From: Yuukianura sp. NJ FZ-2021
Taxonomy: Eukaryota
Assembly: GCA_046563655.1 (NCBI GenBank)
Contig: CM102290.1
Location: 13,268,001 to 13,332,000 of the forward strand
Direction: 5' to 3'
Length of the DNA: 64,000 nucleotides
Shown: positions 1-13,505 of the stretch, piece after piece
Layout of the letters: the number at the start of each line of letters is the position of its first letter
Numbering within the stretch: position 1 is the first letter of the stretch
Made by a program: the position numbers and the translations under genes
Notes under the pieces: model-generated
Databases searched by the model: none
Told to the model about the DNA's origin: nothing
What the model saw: only the letters and a program-made list of their open reading frames with translations

Positions 1-1726
1 GGATACAAACACCACCTGAAATTAAGAAAATACTTAATTGAAAAAAAGCAGCATAATGATGTACAACAATAATTTGTGAAACTGATTAGTGATTATCGAG
101 CATGATAGATATTGATGTAATTATCATCTGTACAGTTACTTACTTTTCTAATGATAACACTAAACTCTTTTCTCAGAAAAACAATAAATGATGAATAGTA
201 GACTTAACCTTACTTACTAATTTTAATTACGAAGTTAAAAGAATCAATTGTTTCGATTTAACTTTGAATTGAAATTCCAGTTTGAAATTTACACTGTGGA
301 AGTGGCAAATTCCAAATTCGGTTAGACTCAAGGCCTCGTGACACAGGGAATGTTCACCACATGCCATTTAGTTTACGAGGATTTAAATAACACTTAAAAT
401 TAACTGCTGGTTTTAAGTTATTACAACTTTTAAATGAAATTTTATTTAGTTGCGTCAACCAATCTATTAAGATGCGCAGTTAGCTTGCTAAACCACTTAA
501 AGACCAAATTAACGAGCTACCCATACATAATGTTGCGGGCGTTACGGAATAAGTGTGAAGAGCAGCAGAGTGGTCAGTTACGCTAATCCGGAAATGCATC
601 CATTGTAACCACGCAAAACGTACCCACCGACGCCATAGTGGTTACAGTAAGCGGTTCGTTAGAAAGAGATGGCTACTTTATTTAAAAAAAAGCTGGTCTA
701 ACACTTTTATTTCAACTACAGCATTAGCCAATTGGAGATTACAAAAAATGGCGTAGGTGGTTACACAACGTGGTAACGAATTCTGGCTTACTCCAACCGA
801 AAGATGAACTAAAAAATGACACATCTTCAAAACCACACAACACAACACACCTCCTTCCTCCCCACACGCTGATAATCAATTTGCAGTTTGTTTATATTGC
901 TTCAGCTGGTAAATCCCTATCTCTGGCCGTAAGAACTAAACAGGAAAGTTTGATTTTTTATTAATTAATTCACCTACCTGTCTTACGTATCATCTTATTC
1001 ATCCATCGTCTAGTACTTTACTTACTCTTCAACCTCCTCAAGGTCTTTCCTGAATGGAGGATGTATTATTCATCATCACTGCTCAGAGATGCTTATCGGT
1101 GTTACACTAACGTCTACAACGTTCTGACTCACATTTTCGGTTCAAACAGTCTTCTGGTGTTCTAAACATATCATCAGGACAAATCAGGAAGACCTTCTTT
1201 TTCCTGGAAAGACAGAGGAACGTTTTCCGAAAAGTAAGACTAATAAGTATTAAAAATTGTATAATATATAATGTAGTACTTATAATATACAATATATATT
1301 TGTTACGTATTGTGTGGTTGAGGCCATTGGAGGGCCCACGAAGGGTTTTTCATATCTCGGTGTTAGTGGAGGAAGCTATCGTACTAGGACGGGAACGATA
1401 TAGCCAAGATTAAGACGTAAACGTGTCAAATTTAAGTCACTGTATACTTTCAATTTCAAAAGTATTGTATTACAATACATAAACCTACAGTAGTAACCTA
1501 ACTGATGGATACTTCGGCTATAAAATTACTTTGGGTCTCTCACTAAGCCCCACGTATTTATCGTTATGTAGTAGGTAAATACGGTTCGTAAGCATAACGT
1601 TAGGGTTAAAAATGTTGCATACGTTGATGTAGTTGCGATGGTTTAGAGCGAGAACGCACTATTCGGCACAACTCGTTGTAAGTTATTTCATACTAATGTT
1701 TGTCAATTTAATTTGAAACCCGTAGG

Positions 1727-2655
1727 ATGAGTTCCAGTAGAAATCAAACGTTTAGCATTGACGATGCTTTTGAAGAGGAGAATACGGATGCAATTCGAAT
1801 CTATGGAGCAACTACTACTACTGCCCGATCCCCACTAAACATGTACACAAGAAGCGGCTACAATACTTCCTCCATCAAGACGCCCAGTCCTGGTGGTGAC
1901 GCTGTCATCCCTGATGACGTTCAAGTGTACATTCAAGACCCTTCGAACTCCCAGAACATCAGACCTATCCTTAATGGTTTGAAGCGAGGAAAAATGGAGA
2001 TAGATGTAAGGTAGCTACGGTTGACTATTACATTATCCATGTCGGGAGTTGTCTAATGTTACTTGTTCACAATTTAGACGGTTTCCAAGGACAGCGACTC
2101 GTTAATTGCAGAAAGTGCAGAAGATGATTCTGATGGATTTGATCCTACAATGCCTTGGTGGCGACATCCGAAGGTCAGGGAGAATTGGAAAATGGTCCTT
2201 GCTGCTCTCGCTTTGTTCTTCATTGGTCTCGGTAATAATAATTTACAGTCAAACCTCTCATTCCGAAACTCCCTCTGATTGGCTGGTTTGTTTAAAAGTT
2301 TTCGCGGCTACCGTAAACGTACTAAATGATCCCCCTCCCCCAAACTTCAGTTTTAAGTGTCACTGTCATATGAATGGACAAAAAAGTTTAGGAATGAGAG
2401 GTTTGACTATATTCGAATAGATTTTCAATTTTTTTTTCAACTGTCTCAACCTGATTGGCTTCTAATTTTTTCACAGGGCTTTCTGTCGCAGGATTGGTCA
2501 TTATCATTCTCCCCATCGACGGCTTACAAGGCGTTGTTTTTTTTATTGCTGGAGTAATATGTTTTATTCCAGGAGCGTATCACGTAATATATATTTATTT
2601 TGCTGTGAAAGGGAAACGAGGGTTTGACTTCAACTTTTTGCCGCTATTCAATTAA
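1727..2655 (+). CDS. TMEM134: Transmembrane protein 134 homologue, ~203 aa; exons 1727-2005, 2078-2231, 2477-2655
   Basis: GT-AG junctions join in frame (GAT|gtaagg..tttag|ACG; G|gtaata..cacag|GG). The C-terminal half WWRHPKVRENWKMVLAALALFFIGLG..FFIAGVICFIPGAYHVIYIYFAVKGKRGFDFNFLPLFN matches the TMEM134 two-TM signature as I recall it. Confidence 0.9.
2246..2409. mobile_element. Tc1/mariner-pogo-type MITE (CAGT family) in TMEM134 intron 2
   Basis: TA|CAGTCAAACCTCTCATTCC ... GGAATGAGAGGTTTGACTA|TA; TIRs with TA flanks. Confidence 0.8.
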
Positions 2656-3285
2656 TACTCGTTGAAGTGAGGTCAGGCACATATACTGGATTTCAATTTT
2701 TAGCCTTTCTTATGCCCTTGCGTTCAAACCTAAAAGCTACTTCATAACAGCATTTTAGAACGACCAACAATATTTAAACTTTAAATAATGACTAGTAATA
2801 ACTAGCTGTTTTTGAAACATTTTATTATAACGCCTTAGTGGATTTTTTAAACAAATTATTACGAGTTCGTCTAGGCTGTAGAAGTTTTCTGTAAATTCGT
2901 GTAGACGAATTTGCTTTATCCTACTATTTACTCCATGGAATTTTTAGGCATAGAATATTCAAGCCTTTAAAAAACAAACAGCTAAACTTCATTTTCGTAC
3001 TGCACGGTTTTAATTTATACAACTTTTGTCAATGTTCAAATATTTCTTTTGATTTTTTGAAATAATACAAATACAAAGAACTGAATGCATCTCAGTAGTA
3101 GGCGGACGTGTCATTTGTTGTACTGGTTTGACTTTTTGTAATTTAACACCCTCCATTAATTTAATTAGTTACGTTGAACATTGGTAGAGTGGTGGAGGTT
3201 TGAATTGAGTTATTGCAAGTTTCAGTTGCTCAGTACTATTAGGAAGTGCATTACATTACATCATTTCTCAATGCAATTGGGAGTA

Positions 3286-3756
3286 CCGTAGAATTCCAAG
3301 TAGTACCCCCGGGTACTAATTCATCTTAGACTTTCGGTGGACGGGTACCAACAAGGTTCCTATAGCAACCAAATAGTTTTCCTTAACAGGCTAGGCAATA
3401 AGTCCCATTTTCCAAAAATCTTGCTACAAAAATTTTCTCCCCTGATTTTCCTCTGAACTTGTTTATCGCTTTTTTGTCCAATGTAAAAGTTTGCACCAAC
3501 CAGAAAGTTCGAAATGAAGAAAAAAAAAGTTCGGAGGAAAAATTTCCAGGGAAACGAGAGTTGCCCATATGTGTTTTAATTTTTGAAATTTCGAAGAGGA
3601 AAAAAAAGGCGACTTATTGCCTAACCTGTTAAAGAAAAAACTATTTTCTTGTTTACAAACCTTGGGTACCAATTGAATTGTCAACCCGAGGCGGAGGGGC
3701 GCTAATAGGGTGACGGGGCATTATTTGGAACAGGGATACTGTTTGGAAATTTACGG
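3286..3756. mobile_element. CCGTA-type Tc1/mariner-like MITE with a nested P-like MITE
   Basis: TA|CCGTAGAATTCCAAGTAGTACCCC ... GGGATACTGTTTGGAAATTTACGG|TA. Confidence 0.75.
3352..3664. mobile_element. P-element-like MITE (CAAGG..CCTTG) with 8-bp TSD
   Basis: CAAGGTT/AACCTTG ends; perfect TSD GGTACCAA on both sides; sub-terminal IR TTAACAGGCTAGGCAATAAG / CTTATTGCCTAACCTGTTAA. Confidence 0.85.
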
Positions 3757-4250
3757 TACTATTTCGTATTTGGGAAGGAGTGAAGTCCTTGATTAATTAT
3801 TGTCCTCCCTCATCATCAGTAACTTCGAAATATAGTTCAGCAGGAGTCAAATAATTATTTTAATAGACTTCCAATCTTTATTTGGGTTGAGGTGGCGGGC
3901 GTATCTGAATGTTGTACTTTTGGCATACTGCAGAAGTATAAGTACTGGTGAAGTATTGGTTGGGGAGGTCCTTTGGACTGTCATTGAAGGACGTCGTCAT
4001 AGTGGACAGAGACTTCAGCATCTCTACAACACATTTTGATGACGAACAGGAACAGGTACTATACGTTCTGCCGTTTGTTTCCATTGTGTCGAATCCCTTG
4101 TTCTTTGTAGTGCATGGGGAGACACGAAGACTCGCAACAATCTTGGATGCAGTTGAGGTTTACTTGTTGGTGTTGCCTGTTGGTCGCTACATTCTTTCTC
4201 TATTGTTCTCGGACAGCAGAGTACAAGGTAGTCAGTGCCCAAGTGCCTGG

Positions 4251-4368
4251 AAACGCCACGCGAAAACTAAAAGTTCTGAAAAAGCCACGCGAAAACTAAA
4301 AGTTCTTCAGAAAAAGCCACGCGAAAACTAAAAGTTATACTGAAAACGCCACGCTAAAACTAAAAGTT
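4251..4368. repeat. Tandem repeat, 4 units of ~30 bp (GCCACGCGAAAACTAAAAGTT core)
   Basis: Core seen four times with short variable linkers. Confidence 0.85.
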
Positions 4369-6082
4369 AAAAAGTTGAGCTTTGTGTTTGGTTAAAGAGA
4401 AAGTTTCTTCCAATTCAACAAATTTCATTCAAAATTTTCGTATTGGAGAATTGTGTAAGTGCTTCCACTTTTCGAATTTGAAGATTATCAAACACTGTTG
4501 TGTGGAATGAATTAAAACCAGTTTCCATAGAATGTGCTGGATGGAACCTTAAACATACGGTAAGTTGGGTTCCAAATTTGACAAGTACTGTCATATGAAT
4601 TACGAGGAGATACAGGTATTTACAGATTACAGGTTAGGCTAACGTTCCTGATTTTTAAAAAACAACATTCAACATTTGAATTCCCGCCTGCTCTACATTA
4701 CAAACGTCTCTACAGTTAGAATACAACATGCGTAGTCCTTACTAATGAGATAACTTTTGACAAGATTCAAATCTGTTGCAAAGTGCGAGTTTTTCGGACA
4801 ACTTTTCACAAATTTAAAAGTGTGATAACCTCGTGAGAGAATATTTGAGAGAATGCAAACAACTTAAGCCATAAATGGACGTTGGCGGTCCAGGAAGCAC
4901 CTCCAACAATAAGTTCAGAAGCAAAGTGGATTGAAAGGGCGGATGTTAAGTGTATACAAAGTACTACAATGGGAGAAAATTCCTAAGGAATTGTGATGTT
5001 GAGGAGGATATGGCAAGTACAAGCCACCCTCATTCCTTAGCCCATTGTTTCCTCCATCATCTTCCATTTTCATTAGGCTATTTTGTTCCTGTCTCAAATC
5101 AGCATCTTTGTCATCTCCATCTTCACTCATTTCCATAGTACAAGCCGATCCTAAATTTAAACCACTCTGTACATTTACTAAATTTACAATTCCCGTTTCT
5201 AAATCAACCAAATCCTTGCCCTCTGGCGTGTCCAAAAACGAATTAATTCAAATCCAAAAGTACCGTAAAACTCCAAATTAGGACCGAGGAACGAACGTTT
5301 TACGCCCGTTATGTTCAAATCACCTTATTAAAGATCTGCACCTGAAGAAAACCGTGATTAAAGTAAAATTTTAAAGCTGTAGGTGGGACAAACTGATAAA
5401 AAGATTTCTAAACAGAAATTATTATCTCGCAGAAATCAATCCGTGTTAAATCTGTATTTTGCAACACATTACTCTTCATGGTTTACTTTTTTTTAAATTC
5501 ACAAGTTAACTCACCATCGTTGAAAAATGATTGGAAAAGTATAGTCGAGACACAGCATTTTGTCAGGAAATTTCCATTGACCTTATTTTGTGACCAAGAA
5601 TGTGTAATACTCCTTCAAATCAACAAGATCATCCCTCCTTAATAAGAACAGAAAGTGTTAAAGTTTGTACAATCATGAGATTAGGATTTGATTGGAAAAG
5701 ATTGGAAATTTAACACGAAGTGTACCAACGTCTTGAGTAATTTTTCAACCAAAATGACAATCATTAGTGCTGAAATTTGTTTCACAGTGATCCACTGAAA
5801 GTTATTAAGCTAGGTGCAGAAATTGTTGTCTGTATTGTGGAAATGTTGGTCTCTTTGTATCTGTTTTCTCGACAGCGTGAACTGTTCATTAGGGCATCCC
5901 AACTTCAATCCTAAATTTAGCACTATTTCATTTATCGTTGGTTTAATGCTGTTTTCTCTAAATGGGTTTATGCAGGTACAGTTCTTCAATATATTGGTGC
6001 ATATTGTACTGCAATGCTAGTTTTTGAATACATTGGTGTATATTGTAATATATTGCCAAAGTTCAAAGTCAAAATAAATTTT

Positions 6083-6272
6083 AAACTGCGCACAAACTGC
6101 GCTACAGCGCACAAGCACAAACTGCGCTACAGCGCACAAACTGCGCAACTGCGCACAAACTGCGCTACAGCGCACAAACTGCGCTACAGCGCACAAACTG
6201 CGCTACAGCGCACAAACTGCGCTACAGCGCACAAACTGCGCTACAGCGCACAAACTGCGCAACTGCGCACAA
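6083..6272. repeat. 19-bp minisatellite AAACTGCGCTACAGCGCAC, ~9 units including truncated ones
   Basis: Directly visible tandem array. Confidence 0.9.
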
Positions 6273-7732
6273 AATTTTATTTACACATTTTATTATTTTT
6301 TTTTTTGGAATAGTGACTGAATTACAATGTAAAATGAACTTCCATTTTTTTTACTTTTCGGTTTGAAGAGACTATTTCCTTGGTACGTTGAGTACTCTAA
6401 TTAAAGACAAGGAGACTTTAGATACGCTTTGCTGAGGAAGCGTAATGCCCATGTTCACGAGTTACGCATTTTTGTGGGTACCCACATTCCGGTTCATTGT
6501 CTTCAAGTTCAAGGACAAACAGTTTCACAAACCCAACCAAGCCTTTCCAGCATCCGCCTAACTACTGCAAATATGCGTGAGTAAAGTAATTTTGAAACTG
6601 GAATGCTAAAAGTATGCCTAATTTGTGCAAGTTGTCAAGCATTTCCTGTCGTTCCGTCCATTCTACTTGTACTGTCGGAGGTGACGTTCTGTTAATTAAG
6701 AAGATCACACCTCCACCACTTTCCATAAAAATAGCACAGGAAAGTAAAGCATCTCTGATCTTTGTGTGTGCCGAAGATGAGTGGTGAGAGATCTTTGAGT
6801 CAGAAGATTAAAGAGACATTTGGAGTGGACATATTTCATGTGGTGAGTCATAGTAGGTCACCATGATCAATTCTCACTTCAATTGCCAACTAGTCAGTCC
6901 GGGTCTTGAGTCAAGGCAACAAGTCATGCCCATTTCAAAATTTGAAAAGAGACGCTTATTGAAAGTGGCAGTTGAATTGGGCACTTCTGTGTGGTAATTT
7001 CTATTGTTCAGTGTTTGTTCACATTCCTACATTTAAATAAACTGTGACCACTTTTACACAGAAGTTGATTCTTGACCCCTCCCAGGTCAAAGTTCAATGT
7101 TCTCTACATGTAATCTACATTTTTAAGTGCACTTTCGACGCAAATGGTGTAAGAAACATTACATCGCAGGTAAGTTGCGTTACAGCGTCATAAAATCTCA
7201 AATCAAGTCAGTCGGAAATATTATGTGAAAGTGTTATTATTAAAAAGAGAAAAGTCAATCACAAAGACAAAAGGAATTACAATTTCTAATGGACTTGAGA
7301 GAGTTAGGTCGTCGATGGACGCCATTTATACTGTAATTCCTCCACTACAAATTTAACAATAGCGAAATCCTCTCCAAGTCACTCTCCCATTTAAGGTAAT
7401 GTTGAAGAAGAATGGCCTTTATTCTGCTGCTAAACTATTTCAACTACTATTGTTACTATGGTAACATCATCTTCAGATGTTGAAACTATAAGTACTCAAA
7501 TTGTCAGCCGCCGCCCTTGGAACAATATTAACTCATGATGTTGACAGTTACCATGGTTTTATCTACTGGTGTGAACATAATACAGTAGACACTCTCAAAT
7601 TGCAACTCACGCTTATTGGTTAGTGTGATTGGCGTCCTACCGAAAGCTTTCTAATATAAGGCATTGGGCTACTCAAAATGCCAGCAGTTGATTTGTTTAA
7701 AGTTGAGCTCTCGCCAAAAACTTAGGTTTTAC

Positions 7733-7996
7733 CAAGGTTTGTTGATTTTGATTTTCTTTAACAGGTTGGGTAATACCTCATGTTTTTTGATTTTGCAAAT
7801 AAAAAAAGCGATTTTTTATTTCAGGGCATCGTAGTCATAACATTACAGCCGAATTTTTTTAATTGTGCGTACGAATTGGTAGCAATTTTTCGAATTGGTA
7901 CTAAAATTGATACCAATTTTTTTTTCGTTTTTCTGTCAACAAGCGAGGTGGTACCCAACCTGTTAAAGAAAATCTTTTCGTTGTCAAGGAACCTTG
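7733..7996. mobile_element. P-like CAAGG MITE
   Basis: CAAGGTT..AACCTTG; TSD GGTTTTAC/GGTTTCAC; internal IR TTAACAGGTTGGGTA / TACCCAACCTGTTAA; close relative of 54435-54675. Confidence 0.8.
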
Positions 7997-10900
7997 GGTT
8001 TCACGGTAATCGGAGAGAAAAAAAAGTGTTGGAATTTGAGAGTCTTTACTGTGATGCTTTCTATTTATCAAAATATGAATTGCATATTCAAAAAAGGAAG
8101 GGATTAGTCGGAATAAACTATAAAAAAATGAAATTCAAATTTCCATTTTGGTTGACCATTTTGAAATTTGGTTTAAAATTTGAGACCTAAAAAGTTCGTA
8201 GTAGGAGCGGAGTGAGGTTGAATGACAGGATGGCTGAGCCACTTTTTGTAAAAAGTGCAATTTGATTCTTCCGCCCTCCTCCGGAGGACAGAATGGCAGG
8301 AGATTTTAAATAATAATAATCATAGTAATGGCAAACGGAAAGGGAAGAAGACGTTGTTATTTTTCTGGACTTGACTTTGTATGAATATCTTACTAAAAGA
8401 TATGTTTATGGTATGTACAAGTAGGAAATATTTTTATGTAATCCGTGTAGTAGTCAATCCCTGGTAATAGTTCAATGTCTTGTTAAAAATGTGAAAATTG
8501 TTGCGTGGTGGTTGCTGCGAAAGGAAGAGGAAAAGATGATGTCGGACATTGGACAGTCATAGTACTACATAGAAATGGGAGGAAAGTTATGACATGACAT
8601 CCAAAACAACTTTTTTAGGAAAGAGTTATAGACTATAACTTTTAGTACATTTTTTTCAATTTTTTACTTAAAGACTGGACATCTTCTCATTCTGTAAGTA
8701 ATGGAAACGATTTTCTTGATTTTCAAAATTTGATATTTTAGAAAAAAATTTCTGAGAGTCGACTTTCTTATAATTTTTTTCCTTGACCTTTGACTTGTCC
8801 GCTTTCAAATCAAAATTTTAATTTTCTTGACCTTTGGCTTACTCACTTTCAAATTAAAATTTTAATTGGTTGAAAGCAGGATTGGATCACAATGTTTCAA
8901 AATGTAAGCAACAAGAATTTGTTTTTTGTGTGTCTAAATTTCATAAATTTCATGTCAATAATGATACTCGCCCCACCAGATTTTTGTGATTACCGTCCTA
9001 TGTACAGTAGGTTTCCCAAAATGTTGCGTGAGAAATTTATAACATAACTGAATCTGAAATGCAACGACTATTAAAATTATACACGTCATTGTTTGTTTTA
9101 ACTCTCAACTACAAATGCTGTCTTTACTTTGTCGAATGTTCAATGTTAAAAATTAATATTTGGATAATTGCAACTTCGTTTCGTATGTTGATGAAATAAT
9201 TCAGGAAGTTCGGGCTTAAAGTAATTTCAAATTTTCGTGCTAAAGTAATATCGAATTTGAGTAATTCATAATAGTCTGTGATTAAATGTGAATTATTAGA
9301 GAGAATCAAATGTACTTGTATTTGCTGAGAATTAAGGAAAAAATTGATTTCAAGTCCACAAGGTTTTCCAATTAATAGACATTCAATTTTTCTTCACACA
9401 TTGATCATTGTTAAATTAAAGTTAATTGTTGCAACCAAGGTTAGCACGATTCTATGGACGATAAGATCATAATTATACTTGAGTTGGTAATGCTCCCTGT
9501 TGCGAACTGTGTACATACATGTTTAGTTCATACTGTGCTGAGATCATACTTAAAATATCTTAATTTTTTATTTCATCTTTTCGTGTTTGTAATATTTGTT
9601 TTTTTGTCACAATAAATGCCAACATGGGGTAGTTGTAATACATGAGTATGAAAACATGTACAAAAAAGAGGGAATTCTGTAAGCGTCAAAAATGGCAGGA
9701 ACAAGGTTAGTAATATACAGTGCATGTCATATTTGATAAAGATTTTTTTAAGTGTAGCATAACATAAAGTGAAACGATTGTTTTCACTTCGCCTTTCAAA
9801 TTACAAAGTTGCTTGATAAGATTTTAGGCGTAAGAAAAGTTGTTACCTGTAGTTGGAGCCGCCTCAAATCCAAAGCGTTTCTAGTATCTGATTGTTTAAA
9901 TTTTGAATGTTGGCGCTCAGCTTGGAGTCTTTGGAAAATGGATTTCATGTTAGTAAATGACTTTGTGAGACAAAGAAACGCTGAGAAAACGGCCATTAAT
10001 GGATGTGTCATTCACTGGGATGGAAAAGAGATACAAGTCAATGGATTTTTCATATAAATATGATTGTAATTGTCAAAAGTTTGGAATAAGCTTGAAGGAC
10101 ATGATATTTGTAGCATTCGTTAAAGTTTTGTGCCCATTCCTCCACTGGCGGCGTAGATTTCATCCTCTTCGAAGAGTATGAAAACTGTGTAGATGAACTA
10201 AAAAGTCCCGCCAATGGTTCACAAACAAACGTTTTTGCAATTTTGAAAGGGATTTGGAAAAAAAAATTATTTATTTTATTTAATTTATTTAGTTTATTTA
10301 AATATTTCGCTGGTTTTTAGTAAATATTTTTGGCAGGTCTAATTGTAGTCAACTAAAATTTGAAAATGGGTTGTAAAACTGCATTGTCTTTGAATCTAGT
10401 TTTAATTACAAACAGAGTTAACGGATTACTTTCTTCTTCAACAATTTGAGTCCAAAGGGGTCTCAGAAGCCACAAGATCTTGTTGAAACGCATTAACTGC
10501 ATCTCTGCGACACTTTTACTCTCTAAGATCACCCCCAGCATCCTTCAAAGCAATGACTTTAGAAATCTTGCCAGATCCTCACCATAATTCCTCTCCCCCG
10601 TCCTTCTCTTTGAGCAATACCCCAAAAGATGTGAATTTGACTTGCAACTTTTGCAATTTGAGCAGTTGCTGCACAGGGGAAACTGGTACAACACTTTTCC
10701 TTCTTAAGTGTATCAAGGCCAAAAACTTTTTAATCCTAATGGACGTGGCTAACCAAAAGAACTCTCTCCCTCACTCCTCATGTCCCCAACAATTCCACCA
10801 AATTCACAACTATTGAGGACCATTCTCATTAATGTCAGATCAATCATTTCCAAAACTGAGCCAAAATCCCCTCGGGCTTCATTAATCTCAGCGTCAGGAG

Positions 10901-13271
10901 GAAAGAAATTCCATTAGTTTCTCCTTCCACCTCATTGCGTCTTAGTTTGTCAATTTTACACTTACTATTATTAGTGAAAGTGGAGATTCTGCGCAGGACA
11001 CAAAGTCATTTGGCAATTCTGGATGCACTTTGTGTTTTTCGTTTTACAAAATTCAATTGTAAGTTTGTGAGCTTTAACTGGAAAAAGAGAAAGTGACACC
11101 GTTTTCTCCATTTTGGACAAAAAAGTGATTGAATTTCTGTGTTAGCAGTTTTTTTTTAAAGGCGTGGCTTTTGTTCAGTGCAAATCAAGAATGAGGATTG
11201 TTAAGCCCAATTCATAGTAAGTGGTGAAGAACAAATTTGAATTGAACTGATTTCTGCAGTCTCGTTTCCCTTGAAGTAAGTCCAAGGACTTCAAAATCAA
11301 AACTTCAAAATTTCATTGTTACAGCAATTCCTCAATTTCAAGAACCCACTGCGTTTGGCCCACTCATAATTTAAAGTTGGTCTCTTTGAGTCAGTGAAGG
11401 CCGTGGTATGCAGAAGAGATTCAAATCCTAAAATTAGTTCACCTCAATTAACTTTAACCAATTTCCAAATTGCAACACTTTCTCAAGTAGTTGGGCCAAC
11501 AGTGAATCGATTTTGTCCAAGGTTCCATTGACAGGCGAACAGTCAAACGGGAGTGTTCGGTAAAGCCCTGTGCTCACCTTCAAGCCATTTTTGACGTTTT
11601 AGTTCCCGTTAGTTCCCATGCAGTACTTGTACGGTAAGTGAAAGGTGATGGGCCCTGTCAATTGTTCATCCTCCCACACGTAGTACTGGTCGTAAGTCAC
11701 TAGTACTAATTTGGAATTGGGTAGAGCCGTGGAGGCATCGGAGTACTTCAAGTGTAACATTTGAAAAGTATTGTGCAGTGCCCTTCCTATTGTCAATTGA
11801 CATGGCCCCAAACTTGGTTCGACTTGAGATGCCTTACAGTTTAGCAAGTATCCGCCCTAGCTTTTGCATTTCCTACAATTTCCAACCACGTAGAGATGGT
11901 AGTGATGACCTTGTTTCCTTTCCCTATGACTTCTCATGACTGTCAATCCAAATTACAGCTACCTCATTTTAACCCCCCCCCCTTTTTTACACCCCCCCCC
12001 CCATGCAGTAAGTGATGGCTCAATTTCTTTCGTCCGTCGGAAACTGACATTCGGACATTTCGGACCAATTCAGGTGACCGAAATAACACAAAGTAATTTT
12101 AACACTGTAGGAGGCCCGGTAAATTTGAAAATGTTGGGGGTGTGGCTAAGACTTGCACATGGCACATGATCATACCGTGCATACATTTCGGACATTTTGA
12201 ACCAAAATTTGAAAAAGTGACCGAAATTTGAAAAAGTGACCGAAACCGGGAACACTGCCCGTGACATGATCCGGATGGACCATAACTCTGGACAGATCAT
12301 GGACTCTGCGGAATATTCGAGCACTGCTGTTGAATTTTACCGCTTGTGCAAAGTACTGCTGTGCGGCGTTTGGGCTTCATCTGTTGTAGTTGCAGTCCAG
12401 TTTTTGAAAAATTTTGAAAATTTTTGGTATAAAGATGAACGTGTCGGCGGCATCTTCCGTGTCAGACTTTTCAAATGGCCTTTTGTCATCGAAAACTGCA
12501 AGGCCGCTTTGTAAGATGCAGAACTTACAACTGTGATCTCTTGGTTTTACAGTTAGGATTGTGTGCAGTAGCAACTCATGAGCACACACCACCCTCGTAA
12601 AGTCTGCTTGTCCGCTCTGCGCATGCGCGCATTACTTGGCTTGTTACTCGGAAGGTGTGTGCAAATCGTTAGCACTTCCTTGACAAACACTGTCATTGTC
12701 TCTGGCCTTGTTTAGGACAGACTTTAATTAGTCCCGTTCCTTGAGGCTTAGCTGAACTAAATTTGTGCACAGAAAACCTGCGCCTAGGCTACTGCGCATC
12801 TTCCCAATAAAATTCCTTGCTATGTCCTGGGTTGGGCTTGTCCTATATTCTAACAAACAGGATGAAGGAGATTCCTCAAATGGCTACTATTAAAGGCTTG
12901 ACCTTTCCCTCGGGGGACTTGACCTCCTTTTTCAAATTCCCTCCTAGGTTACAGTCTTGGTGGAAAATCAAGGTCTCTTGGTGTGGACAAATACGAAACA
13001 TGCTTAATAGCATTTTCTTGGGAAGGAACAATAAACACGACGATGCGGAACCAATAAATTCTTCCCTTTGTGTCCTCATTCCCAGTCTTAATAGATTTTC
13101 GTTCTTCCCGCTTTTTTGAAACTGCATAAAACTGCATTTTTTATTTGAATTGTTGAATCTAGCTTTTTCCTCTTTTTGAAGCTGTACAAAAGTTGCACCA
13201 TTTTTTTTTAAAAATGTTGAATTTAGATTCTTCCCGCTTTTTCTGAACCTGTACAATAGTTCCTTGACACC

Positions 13272-13505
13272 CAAGGTTCCTTGACAACCGAAATACAACA
13301 AACAAATTGTATTTACTACAACAGGTTGTCCAATACCTCAAGGTTTGCAACAATCTTACTTCAAACAAATTTCTGCACCAATCCCGTTTACATTACATGG
13401 AAAAAATTACCATAGAATTGTAGATTTTTTTCAAACAAATTTTCAAATTTGCAGTTATTGGACAACCTGGTGTAGAAAAAGTTTTTTTTTTGTTTACGAA
13501 CCTTG
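13272..13505. mobile_element. P-like CAAGG MITE
   Basis: CAAGGTTCCTTGACAAC .. TTTACGAACCTTG; internal IR CAGGTTGTCCAATA / TATTGGACAACCTG; TSD degenerate; similar to 17356-17668. Confidence 0.7.

Noticed and set aside
490..840. Cluster of AACCAC/GTGGTT (Runx-like) motifs with a short inverted repeat at 604-646
   Set aside because: Six-mers only; cannot distinguish regulatory sites from decayed TE sub-terminal repeats.
6014..6313. 99-aa repetitive ORF
   Set aside because: Read-through of the 19-bp minisatellite.
7780..8190. 136-aa ORF, and similar ORFs at 12876-13301, 45420-45722, 58071-58517
   Set aside because: Overlap MITEs or AT-rich sequence, F/K/L-biased, no motifs or coherent splice context.
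8778..8868. ~42-bp tandem duplication containing TGACCTTTG
   Set aside because: Two-copy local duplication; nuclear-receptor-like half-sites are common across the window and no function can be supported.
9809..10057. VIHWDGK resembling a hAT-type transposase motif
   Set aside because: Isolated short match; the downstream catalytic motifs and TIRs expected of such a transposase are absent.
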